NCBI GenBank assembly: GCA_964016885.1
Contig: OZ024744.1
Span: forward strand, 23,126,001-23,190,000
Reading direction: 5' to 3'
From: Eledone cirrhosa
Lineage: Eukaryota
Length of the DNA: 64,000 nucleotides
The position numbers and the translations under genes are program-made. The stretch's first letter is position 1, and each line of letters starts with the position of its first letter. The notes under the pieces are model-generated. The model was not told the DNA's origin and searched no databases. It was given only the letters and a program-made list of their open reading frames with translations. This document shows positions 26,101 through 40,050 of the stretch, piece after piece.

Positions 26101-28512
26101 ACTGTTGATAAAACGAGTCAGTTCTTAAGATTCAACTGTTGTTAAAACGAGTTTTATCTTAAGATTCAGCTGCTGTTAAAACGAGTCAGTTCTTAAGATT
26201 CAACTGTTGTTAAAACGAATTTTATCTTAAGATTCAACAGTTGTTAAAACGAGTTTTATCTTAAGATTCAGCTGTTGTTAAAACGAATCAGTTCTTAAGA
26301 TTTAACTGTTGTTAAAATGAGTCAGTTCTAAAGATTCAACTGTTGTTAAAACGAGTTTTATCTTAAGATTCAACTGTTGTTAAAACGAGTCAGTGCTTAA
26401 GGTTGAACTGTTGATAAAACGAGTCAGTTCTTAAGATTCAACTGTTGTTAAAACGAGTTTTATTTGAAGATTCAGCTGTTGTTAAAACGAGTCAGTTCTT
26501 AAGATTCCACTGTTGTTAAAACGAGTTTATCTTAAAATTCAGCCGTTGTTAAAACGAGTCAGTTCTTAAGATTCAACTGTTGTTAAAACGAGTTTTATCT
26601 TAAGATTCAACTGTTGTTAAAACGAGTTTTATCTTAAGATTCAGCTGTTGTTAAAACGAGTCAGTTCTTAAGATTCAACTGTTGTTAAAACGAATTTTAT
26701 CTTAAGATTCAACTGTTGTTAAAACGAGTTTTATCTTAAGATTCAGCTGTTGTTAAAACGAATCAGTTCTTAAGATTCAACTGTTGTTAAAACGAGTTTT
26801 ATCTTAAGATTCAACTGTTGTTAAAACGAATCAGTTCTTAAGATTCAACTGTTGTTAAAACGAGTGTTATCTTAAGATTCAGCTGTTGTTAAAACGAATC
26901 AGTTCTTAAGATTCAACTGTTGTTAAAACGAGTTTTATTTGAAGATTCAACTGTTGTTAAGATGAGTCAGTTCTTAAGGTTGAACTCTTGATAAAACGAG
27001 TCAGTTCTTAAGATTCAACTGTTGTAAAACGAGTTTTATCTTAAGATTCAGCTGTTGTTAAAACGAGTCAGTTCTTAAGATTCAACTGTTGTTAAAACGA
27101 GTTTTATCTTAAGATTCAACTGTTGTTAAAACGAATCAGTTCTTAAGATTCAACTGTTGTTAAAATGAGTCAGTTCTTAAGATTCAACTGTTGTAAAAAC
27201 TAGTTTCATCTTAAGATTCAACTGTTGTTAAAACTAGTCAGTTCTTAAGATTCAACTGTAGTTAAAACGAGTTTTATCTGAAGATTCAACTGTTGTTAAA
27301 ACGAATCAGTTCTTAAGATTCAACTGTTGTTAAAATGAGTTAGCTCTTAAGATTCAACTGTTGTTAAAACGAGTTTTATCTTAAGATTCAACTGTTGTTA
27401 AAACGAGTCAGTTCTTAAGATTCAACTGTTGTTAAAACGAGTTTTATTTGAGGATTCAACTGTTGTTAAAACTAGTCAGTTCTTAAGGTTGAACTGTTGA
27501 TAAAACGAGTCAGTTCATAAGATTCAACTGTTGTTAAAACGAGTTTTATCTAAAGATTCAGCTGTTGTTAAAATGAGTCAGTTCTTAAGATTCAACTGTT
27601 GTTAAAACGAGTTTTATCTTAAGATTCAACTGTTGTTAAAACGAGTCAGTTCTGAAGAATCAACTGTTGTTAAAACGAGTTTTATTTGAAGATTCAACTG
27701 TTGTTAAAACGAGTTTTATCTTAAGATTCAGCTGTTGTTAAAACGAGTCAGTTCTTAAGATTCAACTGTTGTTAAAACGAATTTTATCTTAAGATTCAAC
27801 TGTTGTTAAAACGAGTTTTATCTTAAGATTCAGCTGTTGTTAAAACGAATCAGTTCTTAAGATTCAACTGTTGTTAAAACGAATCAGTTCTTAAGATTCA
27901 ACTGTTGTTAAAATTAGTCAGTTCTTTAGATTCAACTGTTGTTAAAACGAGTTTTATCTTAAGATTCAACTGTTGTTAAAACGAGTCAGTTCTTAAGATT
28001 CAACTGTAGTTAAAACGAGTTTTATCTGAAGATTCAACTGTTGTTAAAACGAATCAGTTCTTAAGATTCAACTGTTGTTAAAATGAGTCAGTTCTTAAGA
28101 TTCAACTGTTGTTAAAACGAGTTTTATCTTAAGATTCAACTGTTGTTAAAACGAGTCAGTTCTTAAGGTTGAACTGTTGTTAAAACGAGTTTTATCTTAA
28201 GATTCAACTGTTGTTAAAACGAGTCAGTTCTTAAGATTCAACTGTTGTTAAAACGAGTTTTATCTTAAGATTCAACTGTTGTTAAAGCGAGTTTTATCTT
28301 AAGATTCAACTGTTGTTAAAACGAATCAGTTCTTAAGATTCAACTGTCGTTAAAACGAGTTTTATTCGAAGATTCAACTGTTGCTAAAACGAGTCAATTC
28401 TTAAGGTTGAACTGTTGATAAAACGAGTCAGTTCTTAAGGTTGAACTGTTGATAAAACGAGTCAGTTCTTAAGATTCAACTGTTGTTAAAACGAGTTTTA
28501 TCTTAAGATTCA
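11200..28512. repeat. Homogeneous higher-order repeat, 5 tandem copies of a 101/102-monomer unit (3,432 bp x2, then 3,465 bp x3)
   Basis: AGTTCTTTAG at 11511, 14943, 18375, 21840, 25305; TTCCACTG at 12711, 16143, 19575, 23040, 26505; ATTCGAA (position of C) at 14540, 17972, 21437, 24902, 28367. Confidence 0.95.
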
Positions 28513-30921
28513 GCTGTTGTTAACACGAGTCAGTTCTTAAGATTCAACTGTTGTTAATACGAGTTTTATCTTAAGATTCAACTGTTGTTAAACGAATCAG
28601 TTCTTATGATTCAACTGTTGTTAAAACGAGTTTTATCTTAAGATTCAGCTGTTGTAAAACGAGTCATTTCTTAAGATTAAGCTGTTGTTAAAACGAATCA
28701 GTTCTTAAGATTCAACTGTTGTTAACACGAGTTTTATCTTAAGATTCAACTGTTGTTAAAACGAGTCAGTTCTTAAGATTCAACTGCAGTTAAAACGAGT
28801 TTTATCTTAAGTTTCAACTGTTGTTAAAACAAGTCAGTTCTTAAGATTCAACTGTTGTTAAAACGAGTTATATCTTAAGATTCAACTGTTGTTAAAACGA
28901 GTCAGTTCTTAAGATTCAACTGTTGTTAAAACGAGTTTTATCTTAAGATTAAACTGTTGTTAAAACGAGACAGTTCTTAAGATTCAACTGTTGTTAAAAC
29001 GAGACAGTTCTTAAGATTCAACTGTTGTTAAACGAGTTTTATCTTAAGATTCAACTGTTGTTAGAATGAGTTTTATCATAAGATTCAACTGTTGTTAAAA
29101 CGAGTCAGTTCTTAAGATTCAACTGTTGTTAAAACAAGTTTTATTTGAAGATTCAACTGTTGTTAAAACGAGTCAGTTATTAAGTTTGCACTGTTGTTAA
29201 AACGAATCCGTTCTTAACATTCAACTATTGTTAAAACGAGTTTTATCTTAAGATTCAGCCGTTGTTAAAACGAGTCAGTTCTTAAGGTTGAACTGTTGAT
29301 AAAACGAGTCAGTTCTTAAGATTCAACTGTTGTTAAAACGAGTTTTTTCTTAAGATTCAGCTGTTGTTAAAACGAGTCAGTTCTTAAGATTCAACTGTTG
29401 TTAAAACGAGTTTTATCTTAAGATTCAACTGTTGTTAAAATGAGTCAGTTCTTAAGATTCAACTGTTGTTAAAACGAGATTTATCTTAAGATTCAACTGT
29501 TGTTAAAACGAGTCAGTTCTTCAGATTCAACTGTTGTTAAAACGAGTTTTATTTGAGGATTCAACTGTTGTTAAAACGAGTCAGTTCTTAAGGTTGAACT
29601 GTTGTTAAAACGAGTCAGTTCTTAAGATTCAACTGTTGTTAACACGAGTTTTATCTTAAGATTCAACTGCTGTTAAAACGAGACAGTTCTTAAGATTCAA
29701 CTGTTGTTAAAACGAGTTTAATCTTAAGATTCAACTGTTGTTTAAATGAGATTCATCATAAGATTCAACTGTTGTTAAAACGAGTCAGTTCTTAAGTTTG
29801 CACTGTTGTTAAAACGAACCAGTTCTTAACATTCAAATATTGTTAAAACGAATTTTATCTTAAGATTCAACTGTTGTTAAAACGAGTTTTATCTTAAGAT
29901 TCAGCTTTTGTTAAAACGAGTTTATCTTAAGATTCAGCTGTTGTTAAAACGAATCAGTTCTTAAGATTCAACTGTTGTTAAAACGAGTTTTTTTTGAAGA
30001 TTCAACTGTTGTTAAAACGTGTCAGTTCTTAAGGTTGAACTGTTGATAAAACGAGTTTTATCTTAAGATTCAGCTGTTGTTAAAACGAGTCAGTTCTTAA
30101 GAATCAACTGTTGTTAAAACGAGTTTTATCTTAAGATTCAACTGTTGTTAAAACGAATCCGTTCTTAAGATTCAACTGTCGTTAAAACGAGTTTTATTTG
30201 AAGATTCAACTGTTGTTAAAATGAGACAGTTCTTAAGGTTGAACTGTTGATAAAACGAGTCAGTTCTTAAGATTCAACTGTTGTTAAAACGAGTTTTATC
30301 TTAAGATTCAGCTGTTGTTAACACGAGTCAGTTCTTAAGATTCAACTGTTGTTAATACGAGTTTTATCTTAAGATTCAACTGTTGTTAAACGAATCAGTT
30401 CTTATGATTCAACTGTTGTTAAAACGAGTTTTATCTTAAGATTCAGCTGTTGTAAAACGAGTCATTTCTTAAGATTAAGCTGTTGTTAAAACGAATCAGT
30501 TCTTAAGATTCAACTGTTGTTAAAACGAGTTTTATTTGAAGATTCAACTGTTGTTAAAACGAGTCAGTTCTTAAGATTCAACTGTTGTTAAAACGAGTTT
30601 TATCTTAAGATTCAACTGTTGTTAAAACGAATCAGTTCTTAAGATTCAACTGTTGTTAAAACGAGTTTTTTTTGAAGATTCAACTGTTGTTAAAACGAGT
30701 CAGTTCTTAAGGTTGAACTGTTGATAAAACGAGTCAGTTCTTACGATTCAACTGTTGTTAAAACGAGTTTTATCTTAAGATTCAGCTGTTGTTAAAACGA
30801 GTCAGTTCTTAAGATTCAACTGTTGTTAAAACGAGTTTTATCTTAAGATTCAACTGTTGTTAAAACGAATCAGTTCTTACGATTCAACTGTTGTTAAAAC
30901 GAGTTTTATCTTAAGATTCAG

Positions 30922-33515
30922 CTGTTGTTAAAACGAGTCAGTTCTTAAGATTCAACTGTTGTTAAAACGAGTTTTATCTTAAGATTCAACTGTTGTTAAA
31001 ACGAATCCGTTCTTAAGATTCAACTGTCGTTAAAACGAGTTTTATTTGAAGATTCAACTGTTGTTAAAATGAGACAGTTCTTAAGGTTGAACTGTTGATA
31101 AAACGAGTCAGTTCTTAAGATTCAACTGTTGTTAAAACGAGTTTTATCTTAAGATTCAACTGTTATTAAAACGAGTCAGTTCTTAAGATTCAACTGTTGT
31201 TAAAACGAGTTTCATCTTAAGATTCAACTGTTGTTAAAGCGAGTTTTATCTTAAGATTCAACTGTTGTTAAAACGAATCAGTTCTTAAGATTCAACTGTC
31301 GTTAAAACGAGTTTTATTCGAAGATTCAACTGTTGCTAAAACGAGTCAATTCTTAAGGTTGAACTGTTGATAAAACGAGTCAGTTCTTAAGATTCAACTG
31401 TTGTTAACACGAGTTTTATCTTAAGATTCAACTGTTGTTAAAACGAGTCAGTTCTTAAGATTCAACTGCTGTTAAAACGAGTTTTATCTTAAGTTTCAAC
31501 TGTTGTTAAAACAAGTCAGTTCTTAAGATTCAACTGTTGTTAAAACGAGTTATATCTTAAGATTCAACTGTTGTTAAAACGAGTCAGTTCTTAAGATTCA
31601 ACTGTTGTTAAAACGAGTTTTATCTTAAGATTCAACTGTTGTTAAAACGAGACAGTTCTTAAGATTCAACTGTTGTTAAAACGAGACAGTTCTTAAGATT
31701 CAACTGTTGTTAAACGAGTTTTATCTTAAGATTCAACTGTTGTTAGAATGAGTTTTATCATAAGATTCAACTGTTGTTAAAACGAGTCAGTTCTTAAGAT
31801 TCAACTGTTGTTAAAACGAGTTTTATCTTAAGATTCAACTGTTGTTAAAACGAATCCGTTCTTAAGATTCAACTGTCGTTAAAACGAGTTTTATTTGAAG
31901 ATTCAACTGTTGTTAAAATGAGACAGTTCTTAAGGTTGAACTGTTGATAAAACGAGTCAGTTCTTAAGATTCAACTGTTGTTAAAACGAGTTTTATCTTA
32001 AGATTCAACTGTTATTAAAACGAGTCAGTTCTTAAGATTCAACTGTTGTTAAAACGAGTTTTATCTTAAGATTCAACTGTTGTTAAAGCGAGTTTTATCT
32101 TAAGATTCAACTGTTGTTAAAACGAATCAGTTCTTAAGATTCAACTGTCGTTAAAACGACTTTTATTCGAAGATTCAACTGTTGCTAAAACGAGTCAATT
32201 CTTAAGGTTGAACTGTTGATAAAACGAGTCAGTTCTTAAGATTCAACTGTTGTTAACACGAGTTTTATCTTAAGATTCAACTGTTGTTAAAACGAGTCAG
32301 TTCTTAAGATTCAACTGCTGTTAAAACGAGTTTTATCTTAAGTTTCAACTGTTGTTAAAACAAGTCAGTTCTTAAGATTCAACTGTTGTTAAAACGAGTT
32401 ATATCTTAAGATTCAACTGTTGTTAAAACGAGTCAGTTCTTAAGATTCAACTGTTGTTAAAACGAGTTTTATCTTAAGATTCAACTGTTGTTAAAACGAG
32501 ACAGTTCTTAAGATTCAACTGTTGTTAAAACGAGACAGTTCTTAAGATTCAACTGTTGTTAAACGAGTTTTATCTTAAGATTCAACTGTTGTTAGAATGA
32601 GTTATATCATAAGATTCAACTGTTGTTAAAACGAGTCAGTTCTTAAGATTCAACTGTTGTTAAAACGAGTTTTATCTTAAGATTCAACTGTTGTTAAAAC
32701 GAATCCGTTCTTAAGATTCAACTGTCGTTAAAACGAGTTTTATTTGAAGATTCAACTGTTGTTAAAATGAGACAGTTCTTAAGGTTGAACTGTTGATAAA
32801 ACGAGTCAGTTCTTAAGATTCAACTGTTGTTAAAACGAGTTTTATCTTAAGATTCAACTGTTATTAAAACGAGTCAGTTCTTAAGATTCAACTGTTGTTA
32901 AAACGAGTTTTATCTTAAGATTCAACTGTTGTTAAAGCGAGTTTTATCTTAAGATTCAACTGTTGTTAAAACGAATCAGTTCTTAAGATTCAACTGTCGT
33001 TAAAACGACTTTTATTCGAAGATTCAACTGTTGCTAAAACGAGTCAATTCTTAAGGTTGAACTGTTGATAAAACGAGTCAGTTCTTAAGATTCAACTGTT
33101 GTTAACACGAGTTTTATCTTAAGATTCAACTGTTGTTAAAACGAGTCAGTTCTTAAGATTCAACTGCTGTTAAAACGAGTTTTATCTTAAGTTTCAACTG
33201 TTGTTAAAACAAGTCAGTTCTTAAGATTCAACTGTTGTTAAAACGAGTTATATCTTAAGATTCAACTGTTGTTAAAACGAGTCAGTTCTTAAGATTCAAC
33301 TGTTGTTAAAACGAGTTTTATCTTAAGATTCAACTGTTGTTAAAACGAGACAGTTCTTAAGATTCAACTGTTATTAAAACGAGACAGTTCTTAAGATTCA
33401 ACTGTTGTTAAACGAGTTTTATCTTAAGATTCAACTGTTGTTAGAATGAGTTTTATCATAAGATTCAACTGTTGTTAAAACGAGTCAGTTCTTAAGATTC
33501 AACTGTTGTTAAAAC
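30922..33515. repeat. Three tandem copies of an 849-bp (25-monomer) unit
   Basis: TTAGAATGAG at 31743, 32592, 33441; ATTCGAAG (position of C) at 31319, 32168, 33017. Copies 2 and 3 share the variant ACGACTTTT. Confidence 0.92.
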
Positions 33516-36500
33516 AAGTTTTATTTGAAGATTCAACTGTTGTTAAAACGAGTCAGTTATTAAGTTTGCACTGTTGTTAAAACGAATCCGTTCTTAACAT
33601 TCAACTATTGTTAAAACGAGTTTTATCTTAAGATTCAGCCGTTGTTAAAACGAGTCAGTTCTTAAGGTTGAACTGTTGATAAAACGAGTCAGTTCTTAAG
33701 ATTCAACTGTTGTTAAAACGAGTTTATCTTAAGATTCAGCTGTTGTTAAAACGAGTCAGTTCTTAAGATTCAACTGTTGTTAAAACGAGTTTTATCTTAA
33801 GATTCAACTGTTGTTAAAATGAGTCAGTTCTTAAGATTCAACTGTTGTTAAAACGAGTCAGTTCTTCAGATTCAACTGTTGTTAAAACGAGTTTTATTTG
33901 AGGATTCAACTGTTGTTAAAACGAGTCAGTTCTTAAGGTTGAACTGTTGATAAAACGAGTCAGTTCTTAAGATTCAACTGTTGTAAAAACGAGTTTTATC
34001 TTAAGATTCAGCTGTTGTTAAAACGGGTCAGTTCTTAAGATTCAACTGTTGTTAATACGAGATTTATCTTAAGATTCAAGTGTTGTTAAAACGAGTTTTA
34101 TCTTAAGATTCAAGTGTTGTTAAAACGAGTCAGTTCTTAAGATTCAACTGTTGTTAAAACGAGTCAGTTCTTAAGATTCAACTGTTGTTAACACGAGTTT
34201 TATCTTAAGATTCAACTGTTGTTAAAACGAGACAGTTCTTAAGATTCAACTGTTGTTAAAACGAGTTTAATCTTAAGATTCAACTGTTGTTTAAATGAGA
34301 TTCATCATAAGATTCAACTGTTGTTAAAACGAGTCAGTTCTTAAGTTTGCACTGTTGTTAAAACGAACCAGTTCTTAACATTCAAATATTGTTAAAACGA
34401 ATTTTATCTTAAGATTCAACTGTTGTTAAAACGAGTTTTATCTTAAGATTCAGCTTTTGTTAAAACGAGTCAGTTCTTAAGATTCAACTTTTGTTAAAAC
34501 GAGTTTTATCTTAAGACTTAACTGTTGTTAAAATGAGTTTTATCATAAGATTCAACTGTCGTTAAAACGAGTCAGTTCTTAAGATTCAACTGTTGTTAAA
34601 ACGTGTTTTATTTGAAGATTCAACTGTTGTTAAAACGAGTCAGTTCTTAAGGTTGAACTGTTGTTAAAACGAGTCAGTTCTTAAGATTCAACTGTTGTTA
34701 AAACGAGATTTATCTTAAGATTCAACTGTTGTTAATATGAGTCAGTTCTCAAGATTCAACTGTTGTTAAAACGAGTTTTATTTGAAGATTCAACTGTTGT
34801 TAAAGCGAGTTTTATCTTAAGATTCAACTGTTGTTAAAACGAATCAGTTCTTAAGATTCAACTGTCGTTAAAACGAGTTTTATTTGAAGATTCAACTGTT
34901 GATAAAACGAGTCAATTCTTAAGGTTGAACTGTTGATAAAACGAGTCAGTTCTTAAGATTCAACTGTTGTTAACACGAGTCAGTTCTTAAGATTCAACTG
35001 CTGTTAAAACGAGTTTTATCTTAAGTTTCAACTGTTGTTAAAACGAGTCAGTCCTTAAGATTCAACTGTTGTTAAAACGAGTTTTATCTTAAGATTCAAC
35101 TGTTGTTAAAACGAGACAATTCTTAAGATTCAACTGTTGTTAAAACGAGACAGTTCTTAAGATTCAACTGTTGTTAAACGAGTTTTATCTTAAGATTCAA
35201 CTGTTGTTAGAATGAGTTTTATCATAAGATTCAACTGTTGTTAAAACGAGTCAGTTCTTAAGATTCAACTGTTGTTAAAACAAGTTTTATTTGAAGATTC
35301 AACTGTTGTTAAAACGAGTCAGTTATTAAGTTTGCACTGTTGTTAAAACGAATCCGTTCTTAACATTCAACTATTGTTAAAACGAGTTTTATCTTAAGAT
35401 TCAGCCGTTGTTAAAACGAGTCAGTTCTTAAGGTTGAACTGTTGATAAAACGAGTCAGTTCTTAAGATTCAACTGTTGTTAAAACGAGTTTTATCTTAAG
35501 ATTCAGCTGTTGTTAAAACGAGTCAGTTCTTAAGATTCAACTGTTGTTAAAACGAATTTTATCTTAAGATTCAACTGTTGTTAAAATGAGTCAGTTCTTA
35601 AGATTCAACTGTTATTAAAAGGAGATTTATCTTAAGATTCAACTGTTGTTAAAACGAGTCAGTTCTTCAGATTCAACTGTTGTTAAAACGAGTTTTATTT
35701 GAGGATTCAACTGTTGTTAAAACGAGTCAGTTCTTAAGGTTGAACTGTTGATAAAACGAGTCAGTTCTTAAGATTCAACTGTTGTTAAAACGAGTTTTAT
35801 CTTAAGATTCAGCTGTTGTTAAAACGGGTCAGTTCTTAAGATTCAACTGTTGTTAATACGAGATTTATCTTAAGATTCAAGTGTTGTTAAAACGAGTTTT
35901 ATCTTAAGATTCAAGTGTTGTTAAAACGAGTCAGTTCTTAAGATTCAACTGTTGTTAAAACGAGTCAGTTCTTAAGATTCAACTGTTGTTAACACGAGTT
36001 TTATCTTAAGATTCAACTGTTGTTAAAACGAGACAGTTCTTAAGATTCAACTGTTGTTAAAACGAGTTTAATATTAAGATTCAACTGTTGTTTAAATGAG
36101 ATTCATCATAAGATTCAACTGTTGTTAAAACGAGTCAGTTCTTAAGTTTGCACTGTTGTTAAAACGAACCAGTTCTTAACATTCAAATATTGTTAAAACG
36201 AATTTTATCTTAAGATTCAACTGTTGTTAAAACGAGTTTTATCTTAAGATTCAGCTTTTGTTAAAACGAGTCAGTTCTTAAGATTCAACTTTTGTTAAAA
36301 CGAGTCTTATCTTAAGACTTAACTGTTGTTAAAATGAGTTTTATCATAAGATTCAACTGTTGTTAAAACGAGTCAGTTCTTAAGATTCAACTGTTGTTAA
36401 AACGTGTTTTATTTGAAGATTCAACTGTTGTTAAAACGAGTCAGTTCTTAAGGTTGAACTGTTGTTAAAACGAGATTTATCTTAAGATTCAACTGTTGTT

Positions 36501-39500
36501 AAAACGAGTTTTATTTGAAGATTCAACTGTTGTTAAAGCGAGTTTTATCTTAGGATTCAACTGTTGTTAAAACGAATCAGTTCTTAAGATTCAACTGTCG
36601 TTAAAACGAGTTTTATTTGAAGATTCAACTGTTGCTAAAACGAGTCAATTCTTAAGGTTGAACTGTTGATAAAACGAGTCTGTTCTTAAGATTCAACTGT
36701 TGTTAACACGAGTTTTATCTTAAGATTCAACTGTTGTTAAAATGAGTCAGTTCTTAAGATTCAACTGCTGTTAAAACGAGTTTTATCTTAAGTTTCAACT
36801 GTTGTTAAAACAAGTCAGTTCTTAAGATTCAACTGTTGTTAAAACGAGTTATATCTTAAGATTCAACTGTTGTTAAAACGAGTCAGTTCTTAAGATTCAA
36901 CTGTTGTTAAAACGAGTGTTATCTTAAGATTCAACTGTTGTTAAAACGAGACAGTTCTTAAGATTCAACTGTTGTTAAAACGAGACAGTTCTTAAGATTC
37001 AACTGTTGTTAAACGAGTTTTATCTTAAGATTCAACTGTTGTTAGAATGAGTCTTATCATAAGATTCAACTGTTGTTAATACGAGTCAGTTCTTAAGATT
37101 CAACTGTTGTTAAAACAAGTTTTATTTGAAGATTCAACTGTTGTTAAAACGAGTCAGTTATTAAGTTTGCACTGTTGTTAAAACGAATCCGTTCTTAACA
37201 TTCAACTATTGTTAAAACGAGTTTTATCTTAAGATTCAGCCGTTGTTAAAACGAGTCAGTTCTTAAGGTTGAACTGTTGATAAAACGAGTCAGTTCTTAA
37301 GATTCAACTGTTGTTAAAACGAGTTTTATCTTAAGATTCAACTGTTGTTAAAATGAGTCAGTTCTTAAGATTCAACTGTTGTTAAAACGAGATTTATCTT
37401 AAGATTCAACTGTTGTTAAAACGAGTCAGTTCTTCAGATTCAACTGTTGTTAAAACGAGTTTTATTTGAGGATTCAACTGTTGTTAAAACGAGTCAGTTC
37501 TTAAGGTTGAACTGTTGATAAAACGAGTCAGTTCTTAAGATTCAACTGTTGTTAAAACGAGTTTTATCTTAAGATTCAGCTGTTGTTAAAACGGGTCAGT
37601 TCTTAAGATTCAACTGTTGTTAATACGAGATTTATCTTAAGATTCAAGTGTTGTTAAAACGAGTCAGTTCTTAAGATTCAACTGTTGTTAAAACGAGTCA
37701 GTTCTTAAGATTCAACTGTTGTTAACACGAGTTTTATCTTAAGATTCAACTGTTGTTAAAACGAGACAGTTCTTAAGATTCAACTGTTGTTAAAACGAGT
37801 TTAATCTTAGGATTCAACTGTTGTTTAAATGAGATTCATCATAAGATTCAACTGTTGTTAAAACGAGTCAGTTCTTAAGTTTGCACTGTTGTTAAAACGA
37901 ACCAGTTCTTAACATTCAAATATTGTTAAAACGAATTTTATCTTAAGATTCAACTGTTGTTAAAACGAGTTTTATCTTAAGATTCAGCTTTTGTTAAAAC
38001 GAGTCAGTTCTTAAGATTCAACTTTTGTTAAAACGAGTTTTATCTTAAGACTTAACTGTTGTTAAAATGAGTTTTATCATACGATTCAACTGTTGTTAAA
38101 ACGAGTCAGTTCTTAAGATTCAACTGTTGTTAAAACGTGTTTTATTTGAAGATTCAACTGTTGTTAAAACGAGTCAGTTCTTAAGGTTGAACTGTTGTTA
38201 AAACGAGTCAGTTCTTAAGGTTGAACTGTTGTTAAAACGAGTCAGTTCTTAAGATTCAACTGTTGTTAAAACGAGATTTATCTTAAGATTCAACTGTTGT
38301 TAAAATGAGTCAGTTCTCAAGATTCAACTGTTGTTAAAACGAGTTTTATTTGAAGATTCAACTGTTGTTAAAGCGAGTTTTATCTTAAGATTCAACTGTT
38401 GTTAAAACGAATCAGTTCTTAAGATTCAACTGTCGTTAAAACGAGTTTTATTTGAAGATTCAACTGTTGCTAAAACGAGTCAATTCTTAAGGTTGAACTG
38501 TTGATAAAACGAGTCTGTTCTTAAGATTCAACTGTTGTTAACACGAGTTTTATCTTAAGATTCAACTGTTGTTAAAATGAGTCAGTTCTTAAGATTCAAC
38601 TGCTGTTAAAACGAGTTTTATCTTAAGTTTCAACTGTTGTTAAAACAAGTCAGTTCTTAAGATTCAACTGTTGTTAAAACGAGTTATATCTTAAGATTCA
38701 ACTGTTGTTAAAACGAGTCAGTTCTTAAGATTCAACTGTTGTTAAAACGAGTTTTATCTTAAGATTCAACTGTTGTTAAAACGAGACAGTTCTTAAGATT
38801 CAACTGTTGTTAAAACGAGACAGTTCTTAAGATTCAACTGTTGTTAAACGAGTTTTATCTTAAGATTCAACTGTTGTTAGAATGAGTTTTATCATAAGAT
38901 TCAACTGTTGTTAAAACGAGTCAGTTCTTAAGATTCAACTGTTGTTAAAACAAGTTTTATTTGAAGATTCAACTGTTGTTAAAACGAGTCAGTTATTAAG
39001 TTTGCACTGTTGTTAAAACGAATCCGTTCTTAACATTCAACTATTGTTAAAACGAGTTTTATCTTAAGATTCAGCCGTTGTTAAAACGAGTCAGTTCTTA
39101 AGGTTGAACTGTTGATAAAACGAGTCAGTTCTTAAGATTCAACTGTTGTTAAAACGAGTTTTATCTTAAGATTCAACTGTTGTTAAAATGAGTCAGTTCT
39201 TAAGATTCAACTGTTGTTAAAACGAGATTTATCTTAAGATTCAACTGTTGTTAAAACGAGTCAGTTCTTCAGATTCAACTGTTGTTAAAACGAGTTTTAT
39301 TTGAGGATTCAACTGTTGTTAAAACGAGTCAGTTCTTAAGGTTGAACTGTTGATAAAACGAGTCAGTTCTTAAGATTCAACTGTTGTTAAAACGAGTTTT
39401 ATCTTAAGATTCAGCTGTTGTTAAAACGGGTCAGTTCTTAAGATTCAACTGTTGTTAATACGAGATTTATCTTAAGATTCAACTGTTGTTAAAACGAGTC

Positions 39501-40050
39501 AGTTCTTAAGATTCAACTGTTGTTAACACGAGTTTTATCTTAAGATTCAACTGTTGTTAAAACGAGACAGTTCTTAAGATTCAACTGTTGTTAAAACGAG
39601 TTTAATCTTAAGATTCAACTGTTGTTTAAATGAGATTCATCATAAGATTCAACTGTTGTTAAAACGAGTCAGTTCTTAAGATTGCACTGTTGTTAAAACG
39701 AGCCAGTTCTTAACATTCAAATATTGTTAAAACGAATTTTATCTTAAGATTCAACTGTTGTTAAAACGAGTTTTATCTTAAGACTTAACTGTTGTTAAAA
39801 TGAGTTTTATCATACGATTCAACTGTTGTTAAAACGAGTCAGTTCTTAAGATTCAACTGTTGTTAAAACGTGTTTTATTTGAAGATTCAACAGTTGTTAA
39901 AACGAGTCAGTTCTTAAGGTTGAACTGTTGTTAAAACGAGTCAGTTCTTAAGATTCAACTGTTGTTAAAACGAGATTTATCTTAAGATTCAACTGTTGTT
40001 AAAATGAGTCAGTTCGCAAGATTCAACTGTTGTTAAAACGAGTTTTATTT
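32930..40050. repeat. About four copies of a variable-length HOR of about 1.75-1.87 kb (51-55 monomers)
   Basis: ATTAAGTTTGCAC...AATCCGTT (position of TTT) at 33565, 35331, 37166, 39001 (spacings 1766, 1835, 1835); AAAGCG at 32937, 34805, 36538, 38373. A related copy lies at about 28.7-29.9 kb (marker at 29185). Confidence 0.85.
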
